64,000 bases of DNA from Spirochaetia bacterium (GTDB lineage Bacteria > Spirochaetota > Spirochaetia > SZUA-6 > Bin103). The stretch's first letter is position 1; every line of letters begins with the position of its first letter. A program made the position numbers and the translations under genes. Below, piece after piece: positions 1-10,375 of the stretch. The DNA lies in NCBI GenBank assembly GCA_965208575.1, contig CBDBOV010000004.1:32001-96000 (forward strand). Direction: 5' to 3'. A model generated the notes under the pieces. That model did not search any database. It had not been told where the DNA came from and saw nothing but the letters and a program-made list of their open reading frames with translations.

Positions 1-15
1 TGCCGGCGCTGCCGG

Positions 16-1926
16 TCACTCGAACAGGCGGGCTATCCGCGCGGCGTATCGCTCGGCAATCACGTGGCGGCGCATCTTCTGGGTATGGGTAAGCTCGTCG
101 CCCACCTCGAACGGGCGGTCGATCAACGCGATGCGGGCGATTCTTTCGAAGCTCTTGAAGCCGTTCTTGGCGCTTACGCGGCTCTGCACCTCGCCCCGGA
201 TCAGCCGCTCGATCGGCTCCGCGGTGACCAGGGTTGCCAAGTCGTCGCCTGCCACGCCGTGGGCGGCGGCGTACGTCTTCACCGCGGCCAGCTCCGGAAC
301 CACGAGCGCACCGAGCAGGCGCTGGTCCTGGCCGACCACCATGATGTGTTCGACATACTCCGACTGGCGCACCAGATCCTCTATCGGCTCCGGCTCGATG
401 TTCTCGCCGCCGAGCAGCACGATGGTGTCCTTGGCCCTGCCGGTGATGCTTATCTCACCGTTCACGGTCTGGGTGCCGAGATCGCCGGTATTCAGCCAGC
501 CGTCGCCCGACAGCACCGCGGCGGTGTCGCCGACGCGCTTGTAGTAGCCCTTCATTATCTGCGGACCGCGCACGTGGATCACGCCCTGCTGTCCGGGGAG
601 CGCCGCGCCGCCGTCCTCCTTGACGATCTTCACCTCGGTGCCGGAGATCGGCGGACCGACGGTGCCGCTCACCGGGTGGCGGTAGGGGCGTACCGACACC
701 AGCGGCGCCGCCTCGGTGAGCCCATAGCCCTCCAGCACCACGATTCCGGCGGCGGCGAAGAAGTCGTCAACGTATCCCGGCAGCGCTCCGGCGCCGGAAA
801 TGCCGGCCTTGAAGCGGGTACCGAGGCGTGCGGTGATCTTCTTGAACACCAGCACCTTGCCCAGAAGCGCCAGCGGCGTGAGCAGGACCAGCGGCACCGC
901 CGCCGCCAGCACGTCCAGCATGCGCGGCCTCACCTGGTAGCGCGGCACCCGGCCGCGCAGCAGCCGCGACATGGCGCTGTGCGCGGCGCCCACCGCGACG
1001 AAGAACTTGAACAGCGCCGCCTTGATTCCGCCCTCCGCCTCCACGGTTCGGTAGACGCCCGCGCGAACGCCCTCCCACACGCGCGGCACACTCGGGAAAT
1101 AGGTCGGATTGGCGGCGATCAGGTCCGCCAGCATCACTTCGCGGATCGGCTTCGAGAACGCTATGCCGGCGCCGGCGAACAGCGCCGCGTACTCGCACAC
1201 GCGCTCGTAGGAGTGCCACACCGGCAGCACCGACAGCAGCATGTCGCCGGGACCGAGCGGCACGGCGTCCGGGATCACGTCGACCTGGTACACGAAATTG
1301 GCGTGGGTGAGCATCACGCCCTTCGGTTCGCCGGTCGTGCCGGAGGTGTAGATGATGGTGGCGAGGTCCTCGGGCCGGCCCTTGGCCAGCTCCGCGCGCA
1401 GCAGCGCCTCCGCCTGCCCATGCTCGGCGCCGGCGCGCACCAGGTCGTCCAGCGTGATCACCTCGAGGCCGCGGCTCCGGGCCTGGGCCAGCGCCGCGCT
1501 GCCGATGTCGGTGCTGTCGAGCACGATGGCGCGCGCCAGCTTCGGCAGCCGCTCCTTGATGCCGCCCACCTTGGCCAACTGCGCGGCATTCTCGACCGCG
1601 GCCACCGCGCAGTCGGCGTGCTCCAGGATGTAGGCGATCTCGTCAGCGGTCGAGTCGCTGCCGCGCGGCACGTCCACCGCGCCGAGCGCCAGGACCGCGA
1701 GGTCGATCAGCAGCCACTCCTTGCGGGTGTCGCAGATCAACCCGACGTGGTCGCCGCGAGCCACGCCGTTGGCCGCCAGTCCGGCGGCGACATTGGCGAC
1801 CTCGGACCAGAGCTGAGCGAAGGTGGTGGGCTGAAAGTCGCCGCCGCCGTTCCTGGTCAGCAGCGCGGTGCCGGCGCTGTGCTCCTCGCACACCTGCTGC
1901 CAACGCTGCGAAAGGGTACCCGACAT
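16..1926 (-). CDS. fadD: Long-chain-fatty-acid--CoA ligase (AMP-dependent synthetase)
   Basis: AMP-binding motif IIYTSGTTGEPKG, plus GYGLTE, GWLNTGDLG and GRAKD. Start MSGTLSQ at 1926 follows a GAGGAG RBS. Confidence 0.9.
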   Translation of the reverse strand: MSGTLSQRWQQVCEEHSAGTALLTRNGGGDFQPTTFAQLWSEVANVAAGLAANGVARGDHVGLICDTRKEWLLIDLAVLALGAVDVPRGSDSTADEIAYILEHADCAVAAVENAAQLAKVGGIKERLPKLARAIVLDSTDIGSAALAQARSRGLEVITLDDLVRAGAEHGQAEALLRAELAKGRPEDLATIIYTSGTTGEPKGVMLTHANFVYQVDVIPDAVPLGPGDMLLSVLPVWHSYERVCEYAALFAGAGIAFSKPIREVMLADLIAANPTYFPSVPRVWEGVRAGVYRTVEAEGGIKAALFKFFVAVGAAHSAMSRLLRGRVPRYQVRPRMLDVLAAAVPLVLLTPLALLGKVLVFKKITARLGTRFKAGISGAGALPGYVDDFFAAAGIVVLEGYGLTEAAPLVSVRPYRHPVSGTVGPPISGTEVKIVKEDGGAALPGQQGVIHVRGPQIMKGYYKRVGDTAAVLSGDGWLNTGDLGTQTVNGEISITGRAKDTIVLLGGENIEPEPIEDLVRQSEYVEHIMVVGQDQRLLGALVVPELAAVKTYAAAHGVAGDDLATLVTAEPIERLIRGEVQSRVSAKNGFKSFERIARIALIDRPFEVGDELTHTQKMRRHVIAERYAARIARLFE

Positions 1927-1928
1927 GG

Positions 1929-2360
1929 TTAAGCTCCTCGTAGACACAGCCACTCTGCTTCGGCTGCCAGTTCCTCTCCGACGTATACCTTGCCGCTCTG
2001 CCGGATGGCTACGGCGGTGCGGCGCTTGGTGACTACCACGATGCGAACCTCTTCGCCCGGTCGCACCGGACGGCGAAACTTCGCCTTCTCGACGCTGGCC
2101 AGAAACGCGCGCTCCGGCTCGCCGCCGTCGTCCGGCGCCGGCTCGCGCGCGGCAGCCAGACCGGCGCCGCCGCATTGCGCCATGCACTCAACCAGCAACA
2201 CGCCGGGCACCACCGGAAAACCGGGGAAGTGGCCGGCGAAGAACGGTTCGCTTGGGTCGAATCGCTTGTGTCCGACGATCTCGTCGTCGCCGGCAACGGA
2301 CAGCCGGTCAACGAACAGGAACGGGGGACGATGCGGAATCAGGTCGGTAATCGGCCTCAT
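1929..2360 (-). CDS. fabZ: 3-hydroxyacyl-ACP dehydratase FabZ
   Basis: [34 protein letters not shown] and KFRRPVRPG hot-dog motifs. Start MRPIT. Confidence 0.88.
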   Translation of the reverse strand: MRPITDLIPHRPPFLFVDRLSVAGDDEIVGHKRFDPSEPFFAGHFPGFPVVPGVLLVECMAQCGGAGLAAAREPAPDDGGEPERAFLASVEKAKFRRPVRPGEEVRIVVVTKRRTAVAIRQSGKVYVGEELAAEAEWLCLRGA

Positions 2361-2367
2361 GGCGCTT

Positions 2368-3600
2368 TCAGATAATGCCCAGGGCGCGGCCCTGCCTGGC
2401 GCACACCTCCAGGGCACGGTCCAGTTCGTCGTCGCTGTGGATGGCCATGTAGGAGGTGCGAATGAGCGCCCGCCCCGGCGGGACGGCCGGGGCCACGACC
2501 GGGTTTGCATACACGCCATGCTCGATCAGCGCCCGGTAGAACCGGAACATCAGCAGGTCGTCTCCGATGATGAGCGGAATGATCGGGGTTTGCGCATCGC
2601 CGACATCGAATCCGAGCCGTTTGAACTCGGCGATCATGCGCGTGCCGATCGCCTGCAGGCGCTGCACGTGATGCGGCTCCTCCTTCATGATGCGCAGCGC
2701 GGTGGAGACCGCGGCGATCGTTGCCGGAGGCATGCTCGCGCTGAAGATGAATGAGCGGGCGTGGTGCTTGATATGGTCGACCACGTCCGCGTCGGCGGCG
2801 ATGAAGCCGCCGACGGCGCCGAACGACTTGGAGAACGTGCACATCACCACGTCCGCGGTGTCGTAGCAGTCGAAGTGTTCCTGAGAGCCGCGGCCGGTGG
2901 CGCCGATCACGCCGAGCGCGTGCGCCTCGTCGAGGTAGACGCGGGCGCCGTAGCGGCGGGCGAGCGCGCCGATCTCCGGCAGTGGAGCGATGTCGCCCTC
3001 CATCGAAAACACGCCGTCGGTAACGATCAGCTTGCCGCCGTCGTCGTCCACCGTGTTCAGGAGCCGTTCCAGCTCGGCGAGGTCGTTGTGCTGATAGCGG
3101 TGGATGCGGGTGCCGCCGGTGGTGCCGGCGGCAAGCAGAATGCCGTCCACCAGGGAGCCGTGGTTGAGCCGGTCGGAGAATACGTGGTCGTGGCGGCCCG
3201 AGAGCGCCTGAATTGCACCGAGGTTGGTCTGATAGCCGGTGGTGAAGGAGAGCGCCGCCGGTTTGCCGGCGAACTCTGCCAGCGCGGTCTCCAGCTCCTC
3301 GTGAAGACGCAACGTACCGTTCAGGAAACGCGATCCGGAGCAACTCGTGCCGTAGCGCCGGGTGGTTTCGATCGCCGCCTCGATGACGCGCGGATCCCAT
3401 GACAGGCCGAGGTAGTTGTTGGAGCCGATCATGATCAGCTCGCGGCCGTCGATTATGACGCGCGAGCCGTGATTCTCCTCGACGGCGGTGTAGTAGGGAT
3501 AGAACCCGATAGCCTCGATCTTGGCCGCTCTCTGTGCGGCCATGCTGTGCACCTTCTGGAACAGGTCGACGGAATTGCTGGTGGTAGTTGGTTGCTCCAT
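2368..3600 (-). CDS. PLP-dependent alpha-oxoamine synthase, serine palmitoyltransferase-like
   Basis: [29 protein letters not shown] and TFSKS (PLP lysine). N-terminal GFYPYY...V.IDG resembles Bacteroidetes-type SPT rather than BioF. Confidence 0.8.
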   Translation of the reverse strand: MEQPTTTSNSVDLFQKVHSMAAQRAAKIEAIGFYPYYTAVEENHGSRVIIDGRELIMIGSNNYLGLSWDPRVIEAAIETTRRYGTSCSGSRFLNGTLRLHEELETALAEFAGKPAALSFTTGYQTNLGAIQALSGRHDHVFSDRLNHGSLVDGILLAAGTTGGTRIHRYQHNDLAELERLLNTVDDDGGKLIVTDGVFSMEGDIAPLPEIGALARRYGARVYLDEAHALGVIGATGRGSQEHFDCYDTADVVMCTFSKSFGAVGGFIAADADVVDHIKHHARSFIFSASMPPATIAAVSTALRIMKEEPHHVQRLQAIGTRMIAEFKRLGFDVGDAQTPIIPLIIGDDLLMFRFYRALIEHGVYANPVVAPAVPPGRALIRTSYMAIHSDDELDRALEVCARQGRALGII

Positions 3601-3724
3601 TCTATCTTGTCATCGTGTTGGTTATCGGCGTGACTGTCGACTCAATGGGTACACCCAATGGCGCACCGTGTAAAGATCAACCTCCGCGCTCCCGCACTCC
3701 GGCACTCCCGCACTCCGCGCAGGC

Positions 3725-4384
3725 TCAGGGAGATGACGGGGTGCGGTTGGTCAGGGCGCGCAACAGCGCGGCGAATTCCGGCGCCGCCCATTCGCGGACG
3801 CCGATGATGCGCGCCAGGATGGAGCCGTCCTTGTCGATGATGTAGCTCATCGGGAGGGTGCGGGCGCCGTATGCCGCCGATGTCTCGCCGCTGCTGTCGA
3901 GCAGGATCTGAAACGAGAGCTCCAGCTCGGCGGCGAATCGGCGCACCTGCGCCGCATCCTCCTGGAGATTGATCGCCAACATGGTGAACTCCGCGGTGTC
4001 GCCGAGCTCGTCGTGCAGTTCCTGCAGGTCGGGCATCTCGATGCGGCACGGCGCGCACCACGTGGCCCAGAAATTCAGGAACACCACCGAGCCGCGGTAG
4101 CGCTGCAGCGAGTGGACCTCTCCGGCCAGGTCGGCCAGGTCGAATTCCACCGCCTGCACCGAGCGGCTCGGCAGTTGGAAGCCGAGGTCCTGCATCCGGT
4201 CGGTCAGCGCACGGTCTGGGGTCGCGGCGCCGCCGGAAACCGGCGCCTCGGCTCCCGGCGCCGGTTGCGCCTGCGAAATGGAAGCCGGTGCCGGATCCTG
4301 CCTCTCGCGACGTCCAAACGCATGCCCGGAGGTCGCCGCCAGGCCGGCCGCGAGCACCAGCAGGAGCAGCCGTGGCGTGCGCAT
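3725..4384 (-). CDS. TlpA/ResA-family thiol-disulfide oxidoreductase, exported
   Basis: LNFWATWCAPC (CxxC) and a signal peptide. Confidence 0.88.
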   Translation of the reverse strand: MRTPRLLLLVLAAGLAATSGHAFGRRERQDPAPASISQAQPAPGAEAPVSGGAATPDRALTDRMQDLGFQLPSRSVQAVEFDLADLAGEVHSLQRYRGSVVFLNFWATWCAPCRIEMPDLQELHDELGDTAEFTMLAINLQEDAAQVRRFAAELELSFQILLDSSGETSAAYGARTLPMSYIIDKDGSILARIIGVREWAAPEFAALLRALTNRTPSSP

Positions 4385-4451
4385 CGCGGCGCGCCGGAAC
4401 GGCCGCTCCGGCGCGCGGTCACTTCCCATTGCGACCGATGGTACCGGACGG

Positions 4452-5147
4452 CTACCCACCGAACAAGGTGCCTGCCAGCACCGTGCCGTTGAACATGGCG
4501 TGTGCAAACACCACGCGATGCAGGGACGGGCGCTGCTGGAACAACAGGGCGAGAGCGGCGCCCATCAGGACGGCGAACACGGCCGCGCCCCATCCCTGGT
4601 AGAGATGGCCGGCGCCGAACAGCAGGGCGGAGCCGAGCGTGGCCAGCCACGCCGGCGCTCCCGCGCCCCGGAGCAGGGTCAGGCAGTAGGCGCGGAAGTA
4701 GGACTCCTCGCGGTAGGCTCCCGCCACCACGAATGCCGCCGCGAGCGGGATTTGGCCGACGCGTTCCAACTGCCATCGGTGGCCTCGCCGCAACACCCCG
4801 CTTACCGGTTCCGGGAACACGTTCACGAGCGCGCTCACGGCCGCCAGGGCCGCAACCATCGCGGCCGCGATCAGCAGCGCCTCGCCGGCGTCGCGGCCGC
4901 GTACCCGCCAGTCGACGGTCGCGCGCGCGGTGTCGAAGCGGAGGATCGGCAGCATCACGCCTGCCTGGAGCGCCGCGAGCAGGGCGCCCGCGGCCAGGGT
5001 GCGCGGCAGCGGCACCAGCAGCGCCGGAAGTGAAAGCAGCACGTACACCACGCCCAGGCGTGCCAGGGCGGCGGCTGCACTGCGTCCGGACGGCGTCCCG
5101 GTGGCCGGCTCCCCCGTTCCGGCGAGTGTCCGCGGCGTGGCGCGCAT
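4452..5147 (-). CDS. CPBP (CAAX/Abi) intramembrane metalloprotease
   Basis: EExxxR (REESYFR), FxxxHxYQG and HAMFN motifs; multiple transmembrane segments. Confidence 0.85.
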   Translation of the reverse strand: MRATPRTLAGTGEPATGTPSGRSAAAALARLGVVYVLLSLPALLVPLPRTLAAGALLAALQAGVMLPILRFDTARATVDWRVRGRDAGEALLIAAAMVAALAAVSALVNVFPEPVSGVLRRGHRWQLERVGQIPLAAAFVVAGAYREESYFRAYCLTLLRGAGAPAWLATLGSALLFGAGHLYQGWGAAVFAVLMGAALALLFQQRPSLHRVVFAHAMFNGTVLAGTLFGG

Positions 5148-5239
5148 CGGCACCATCATACTCGACACATTCGAGCTTCGGCGGGTTGTGGGAGCGGTGC
5201 GATTGAAGCGCGAGTGGACGGCATGCCGTTGGTTGGTGT

Positions 5240-6661
5240 GTGGCAGAACGAACAAGGCATCACCCAATCCGGATCACGCCCGCGGTAGCGGCCGCGGGTG
5301 CCGCGGTGGGCTACCTCCTGGCGGCGGACCACCTGCCGGGCTCCTCCCCCAACGCCGTGCTGGCACTGCTCCTCGCCGGGCCGGCCTGCTGCCTGGTCGC
5401 GGCGGCTCAGGCGTGCGGCGGTGCGTACCGGCGCCTGCTGCTGGCCGCGGCGGCCGGTTGCGCGCTGGCCGGCGGAGCCGAGCTCGGCGAGCGCATCGCC
5501 GGCGCCGGCGCCGGCGCCGGCCTGCCGCTGGAGCAGGTGGACGAGTTGCACGGCGTCCTGCTTCAGGATGCATCGTTGCGCGATGCCGGCGTCCACTACC
5601 GCATCGCCGTGGATCAGGTCGGTTCCGCGCGCCTGGATGCGCACGCATCCGCGCGCTTCGTTGCGCACGTTGCGTTGCCGGCGGAGGTTGCCGGACGCGC
5701 GTACCGCGGCCGGCGGGTGGCTGTGGACGGTGTGGTGCTGTTCACCGCCGGTGCCGGGGCGGCGGTGCGCGGACGCGCGGACGAGGTGCGCCGCAGCAGC
5801 TTCGCGTCGTCGCTCGCCGCCGCCCGCGCCACCATGCGCAGCCGCCTGGAGCAGCTCGTCCTGGATCTGCGCGGGCCCTCTTCCGCGCTGCTCGCGGCGG
5901 TGTTGCTCGGCGACCGGCACCACCTCACGGCGGAGCAGATGGCGGGATTCCGGCGTGCCGGAGCGCTCCATCTGCTGGCCCTGTCCGGGCTCCACGTCGG
6001 ACTGGTATACCTGTTGGCGGTATGCGCCGGACGCGCGCTGGCGATGGCCGGGATGGCGCTGGTGCCGCGCTGGCAGCGGGGCTGGGTAGCGGGCGCCGGG
6101 TTGCTCGGCGTCGGGGCGGTATTCCTGTACGTGGAGCTTGCCGGTGCGCGCCCCTCCCTGGCGCGAGCCACCACCATGCTCGCGCTGGCGCGTCTGGCCG
6201 CGGCCTCCGGCCGCCACCCGGGTGCCGTGAACGTGCTCGCCCTGTCCGCGCTGGTGATCGTCGCGACCGACCCGCGCTCGGTGCACGAGTTGTCGTTTCA
6301 GCTCTCCTATGCCGCGCTGCTGGGTATTCTGCTGGCCGGACCGCCGCTGGCGCGCCGCCTGCCGGGCCTGCTGCCGCCGGGGGCGCGCGCCGCGGCCGGC
6401 ATGGCGGCAGGCGCGCAACTGGCCACCCTGCCGCTGGTGCTCGCGACGTTCGGCCGGGCGCATCCGATCGGGTTGCTGTCCGGACTGGTGCTGGTACCGT
6501 GCACGGCGCTGTTCCTGTGGGCAGGCATCGGCGCCGTGGCGTTGTCGGCGCTCAGCGGCGGCGCGCTCGATCCGCTTACCCGCGTCCCGCTGCACCTGTT
6601 GTATAGTGCACTTGCCATGCTCAACAGTCTGTTCGGGCACGCGCCCGGAGTGCGCTGGTGA
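5240..6661 (+). CDS. comEC: ComEC/Rec2 competence-domain membrane protein (no C-terminal beta-lactamase domain)
   Basis: GALHLLALSGLHVG, PSLARA and SFQLSY motifs. Stop overlaps the rsmA start (GTGA). Confidence 0.85.
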   Translation: MAERTRHHPIRITPAVAAAGAAVGYLLAADHLPGSSPNAVLALLLAGPACCLVAAAQACGGAYRRLLLAAAAGCALAGGAELGERIAGAGAGAGLPLEQVDELHGVLLQDASLRDAGVHYRIAVDQVGSARLDAHASARFVAHVALPAEVAGRAYRGRRVAVDGVVLFTAGAGAAVRGRADEVRRSSFASSLAAARATMRSRLEQLVLDLRGPSSALLAAVLLGDRHHLTAEQMAGFRRAGALHLLALSGLHVGLVYLLAVCAGRALAMAGMALVPRWQRGWVAGAGLLGVGAVFLYVELAGARPSLARATTMLALARLAAASGRHPGAVNVLALSALVIVATDPRSVHELSFQLSYAALLGILLAGPPLARRLPGLLPPGARAAAGMAAGAQLATLPLVLATFGRAHPIGLLSGLVLVPCTALFLWAGIGAVALSALSGGALDPLTRVPLHLLYSALAMLNSLFGHAPGVRW

Positions 6662-7572
6662 ACCACAATTCACCGGCCGAGATTCGTGCCGAGTTGGACC
6701 GTCTCACGGTGGAGCCCAAGAAGCGGTGGGGGCAGAACTTCATGGTCAACCCGCGCACTCGGCGGAAGCTGATCGACACCCTGGAGATCGGGAAGGGCGA
6801 GACGGTGTGGGAGATCGGCCCCGGCCTCGGCGCGCTCACCGAGGAACTGGTGCCGCGATGTGCCCGGCTGGTATTGTTCGAAATCGATCACGGCCTGATC
6901 CGCCACCTGAACGACGAATTGCGCGATCACGCCCACGTCCGCATCGTGGCGGGCGACGTTCTGCGCACCTGGCGGCAGGCCAGGGTCGAGCACGGCGTAC
7001 CGGATCGGATCGTCGGCAACCTGCCGTACCGCAGTGCGTCGGCCATCGTCGCCGCGCTGCTGGAACACGACGCGCGCCCGGTGCATGCCGTGTTTACCGT
7101 CCAGAAGGAGCTGGCGGACCGCATCGTGGCGCCGGCCGGATCGCGCAACTACTCGTCGTTCTCGGTGCTCTGCCAGTGCCTGAGCGAGGTGCGTGCGTAC
7201 GGTGAACTGGCGCCCGGCACGTTCTACCCCGTCCCCGAGGTCACTTCCACGGTGATCGGCCTGCGCCCGGGCGGCGCGGCACGCCGCGTGCGCAATCGTG
7301 ACGTGCTGTTCGCGCTGATCCGCGCCGCCTTCCAGGCGCGCCGCAAGACGCTGCGCAACAACCTGCTCGCCGGGGGCGGCTTCGGGCTCAGCAAGGCGGA
7401 TCTCCTGGACGCGGTCGAAGACGCCGGCGTGAATCCTGGCAGCCGCGCCGAGGAACTGGCTCCGGCTACCGTTGTGCGGCTCGCCGACGCGCTGGCCCGC
7501 AAGGGCGCCGCGGTGCCGGCGCAGCCGCCGTTCTGCCCCCCGGACGACGACGAGGAGACGGCGGGCGGATAG
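6658..7572 (+). CDS. rsmA: 16S rRNA m6,2A dimethyltransferase
   Basis: KKRWGQNF, EIGPGLGALT, GNLPY and RRKTLRN. Confidence 0.95.
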   Translation: MNHNSPAEIRAELDRLTVEPKKRWGQNFMVNPRTRRKLIDTLEIGKGETVWEIGPGLGALTEELVPRCARLVLFEIDHGLIRHLNDELRDHAHVRIVAGDVLRTWRQARVEHGVPDRIVGNLPYRSASAIVAALLEHDARPVHAVFTVQKELADRIVAPAGSRNYSSFSVLCQCLSEVRAYGELAPGTFYPVPEVTSTVIGLRPGGAARRVRNRDVLFALIRAAFQARRKTLRNNLLAGGGFGLSKADLLDAVEDAGVNPGSRAEELAPATVVRLADALARKGAAVPAQPPFCPPDDDEETAGG

Positions 7573-7575
7573 CTG

Positions 7576-8454
7576 TCAGATGACGCCGTGTTCCTTGAGC
7601 ACGCCGTGCAGCTTCTGCTTGCCGGGCTCGGTGAGCGGGGTCATCGGCAGACGGTAGCTCTCCTCCAGCAACCCGGCCGCGTGCATTGCCCCCTTGACCG
7701 GTATCGGGTTGGTGTCCAGGCCCATCAGGGCGTTGATCACCGGCAGAATCTCGTAGTGCACCGCGCGCGCCCCGGCGGTGTCGCCGTCGAGCATGCGCTG
7801 CACCAGGTCCACCATCTTCCCCGGCAGCAGGTTGCTGGTCACCGAGATGATCCCGTTGCCGCCGAGCGCCATCAGGGGCAGCGTGATCGCGTCGTCGCCG
7901 CTGAGCACCGTGAAGCCGGGCGGCCGGCGCAGAATCAGGTCCATCATCTGGTCAATGTCGCCACTGGCCTCCTTGACGCCGACGATGTTGGGGTGCTCGG
8001 CGAGCGCGAGCATGGTTTCGTTGTCGATGTTCTTGCCGACCCGGCCCGGGATGTTGTACACGATCAGCGGCAGGTCCACCGAGTCGGCGAGCAACTGGAA
8101 GTGGCGCAGAAAGCCGGTGGCGGACGGCTTGTTGTAGTAGCCGGCGACGTGCAGGCTGGCCTCGGCGCCCACCTCCTTGGCGAACTTGGTGTGCTCGAGC
8201 GCCTCGACGGTATTGTTCGATCCGCAGCCGGCGATCACCGGTACGCGGCCCGCGCACTGCTCCACCACCACGCGGATCACCTCGTGGTGTTCCTCGTCGG
8301 TCAGCGTCGGGCTCTCGCCGGTCGTGCCGACCGGGACCAGCCCGGTGATGCCGGCGTCGATCTGGCGGTCGACCAGCTTCCTGAGGGTGTCGCGGTCCAA
8401 CTCGCCGGAAGCGGTGAACGGCGTCACCAGCGCGGTAAAGGTTCCTTCAAACAT
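7576..8454 (-). CDS. dapA: 4-hydroxy-tetrahydrodipicolinate synthase
   Basis: GTTGE, YNIPGR, GVKEASG (Schiff-base Lys) and TNPIPVK; adjacent to dapB. Confidence 0.95.
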   Translation of the reverse strand: MFEGTFTALVTPFTASGELDRDTLRKLVDRQIDAGITGLVPVGTTGESPTLTDEEHHEVIRVVVEQCAGRVPVIAGCGSNNTVEALEHTKFAKEVGAEASLHVAGYYNKPSATGFLRHFQLLADSVDLPLIVYNIPGRVGKNIDNETMLALAEHPNIVGVKEASGDIDQMMDLILRRPPGFTVLSGDDAITLPLMALGGNGIISVTSNLLPGKMVDLVQRMLDGDTAGARAVHYEILPVINALMGLDTNPIPVKGAMHAAGLLEESYRLPMTPLTEPGKQKLHGVLKEHGVI

Positions 8455-8497
8455 CGGTCTGGTGATCTCCTTGCCTCGACCGGGTCAGCGCCCCGGA

Positions 8498-9253
8498 TCA
8501 GGCCAACATATCATCGATCAGGTCGTCGATTCCATACATGCCGCGCCGCCCGCCGGCCGCGGTGAGCCACTCGGCGGCGCGCAGCGCGCCGGCCGCCAGG
8601 TTTGCGCGTCCGCGCGCCCGGTGGGTCAGTTCGATGGTGTCGTCGGCCGAATCCCACACCAGGGTATGGGTGCCCGGCTCCTCCCCGCCGCGCACCGATG
8701 CCACGTGCAGCTCGTCGCCGTCGATCGGTCGGTCGAGCCGCTCGGTTGCGACACGCTGCTTGCGCGAGCTGGCCCCGAGCACCGCCTCGGCGATGGTCAG
8801 GGCGGTGCCGGAAGGGGAGTCCGCCTTGCGGCGGTGGTGGCGTTCGAAGATCGCGATGTCGTAGTCCTCGAACGGGTCCAGCAGTGCCGTTGCGCGCGCT
8901 GCCAGGCGCAGGAACAGTTGCACGCCGAGCGAGAAGTTGCTCGCGTGCAGGTAGCCGCTGCCGCCGGCCTCCACGATGGCGCGCACCTCGGCCAGGCGGT
9001 CGCCCCAGCCGGTGGTGCCGACGGCCGCGGCCAGGCCGTGCTGCGCGTAGCGGCGCGCGTTCTCCACCACCGCTTCCGCCGCGCCGAACTCGATCGCCAC
9101 GTCCGCCGCGGCGGCAAGGTCTTCGTTCAGCGTGGCGGCATCGGCATCCGCCACGTGCGGGTCGATGCGGGCGACGATGTCATGGCCGGCGGCGCCGGCG
9201 AGCCGTTCGGTCTCACGGCCCATGCGTCCGTAACCGACAATCGCGATCCTCAT
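8498..9253 (-). CDS. dapB: 4-hydroxy-tetrahydrodipicolinate reductase
   Basis: GYGRMG, GTTG, NFSLGV and ERHHRRKADSPSGTA. Confidence 0.93.
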   Translation of the reverse strand: MRIAIVGYGRMGRETERLAGAAGHDIVARIDPHVADADAATLNEDLAAAADVAIEFGAAEAVVENARRYAQHGLAAAVGTTGWGDRLAEVRAIVEAGGSGYLHASNFSLGVQLFLRLAARATALLDPFEDYDIAIFERHHRRKADSPSGTALTIAEAVLGASSRKQRVATERLDRPIDGDELHVASVRGGEEPGTHTLVWDSADDTIELTHRARGRANLAAGALRAAEWLTAAGGRRGMYGIDDLIDDMLA

Positions 9254-9322
9254 GGCGCGCCCATCATAGCGCGCCGTGCCGGATGTTGCGACCGGCGCGC
9301 GCCTTTTCGTATGATCGGGCGT

Positions 9323-10048
9323 GTGCAAGTAGGCATCTACGGCCTGGGACGCTTCGGGGTGTTCTGGGCCGCTCAGTTGGCGCGCCACCTGCCGGTGTGC
9401 GCATACTCGCGCCGCCTCCATCGCCCGCCAGCGGGCGTGCGCATGGTTTCCGAGCGGCAAGTGCTGGATAGTCCGGTCGTGATTCTGTGCGTCGCCATCT
9501 CCGCCTTCGAGGAGGTGGTCGACCGCATCGCTCCTCGCCTGAAACCGCGCACGCTGGTAATGGACACCTGTTCGATCAAGGGGATGGCGGCCCGCGTCAT
9601 GGAGCAGCGCCTGCCGCCCACCGTCCAGATACTCGCCACCCATCCCATGTTCGGCCCCGACTCGGCGCGCGGCGGCATCGCCGGCCTGCCGATGATCGTC
9701 TGTCCGGTGCGTATCTCCGCCGGCGGCCTGCAGGAGTGGCGTCACCGGTTCGCGGCGATGGGGCTGCGCGTGATGACGATGACCGCCGACGAGCACGACC
9801 GCGAGGCGGCGTTCACCCAGGGAATTGCCCACTACCTCGGCCGCGTGTTGGCGGAGATGGGACTGCATCGCTCCGAGATCGCTACCGTCGGCTACCAGAA
9901 GCTGCGCGAGATCGTGGAGCAGACCTGCAACGACTCGATGCAGCTGTTCGTCGACCTGCAACGCTACAATCCCTACACCGCCGAGATGCGCGCGCGGCTC
10001 GAAGATGCCTTGAGCAGCGTGCGCAGCCAGCTCGACGCGCGCTGCTGA
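9323..10048 (+). CDS. tyrA: Prephenate/arogenate dehydrogenase
   Basis: GLGRFG, DTCSIK, HPMFGP and EHDREAAFTQ. Confidence 0.88.
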   Translation: MQVGIYGLGRFGVFWAAQLARHLPVCAYSRRLHRPPAGVRMVSERQVLDSPVVILCVAISAFEEVVDRIAPRLKPRTLVMDTCSIKGMAARVMEQRLPPTVQILATHPMFGPDSARGGIAGLPMIVCPVRISAGGLQEWRHRFAAMGLRVMTMTADEHDREAAFTQGIAHYLGRVLAEMGLHRSEIATVGYQKLREIVEQTCNDSMQLFVDLQRYNPYTAEMRARLEDALSSVRSQLDARC

Positions 10049-10159
10049 CAAGCCGCGGCGGGCCCGGCATCGCACGCCCGCATGCAGCCGTGTTTCGCCA
10101 CCGGTTGCCCGGTACGGTTTACTTCGGCGCCCGCGCTGCCTTACATTCTCAGTCCACCC

Positions 10160-10232
10160 GGGCCGCTAGCTCAGTCGGTAGAGCAACAGCCTTTTAAGCT
10201 GTGGGTCGACGGTTCGAATCCGTCGCGGCTCA
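10160..10232 (+). tRNA. tRNA-Lys (anticodon TTT), CCA not encoded
   Basis: Cloverleaf: GGGCCGC/GCGGCTC acceptor, GCTC/GAGC D-stem, ACAGC-CTTTTAA-GCTGT anticodon arm, GACGG-TTCGAAT-CCGTC T-arm. Confidence 0.97.
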
Positions 10233-10375
10233 ATCTGATAGGGGGCCGTCAGGTCAGGCTGGCTGGTACCACCTGGCGGGCGCGAAACAGGTTCGCTGGC
10301 CGTTCAGGCCGGGTCGGCACGCCTGGCCGCCGCCACGGGGCGGCGGCCAGGGGCGAATCGCATAATGGGGAAGGG

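Noticed and set aside
64-1932. Long antisense/alternate-frame ORFs (also 10082-12541, 26994-29813, 44698-46665, 57068-58636 and others)
   Set aside because: Shadow ORFs of high-GC coding genes, with no recognisable motifs.
8177-10075. Apparent long dapB and tyrA ORFs suggesting fusions
   Set aside because: The extensions are read-through of the opposite gene's antisense strand. Real starts are at 9253 and ~9323.
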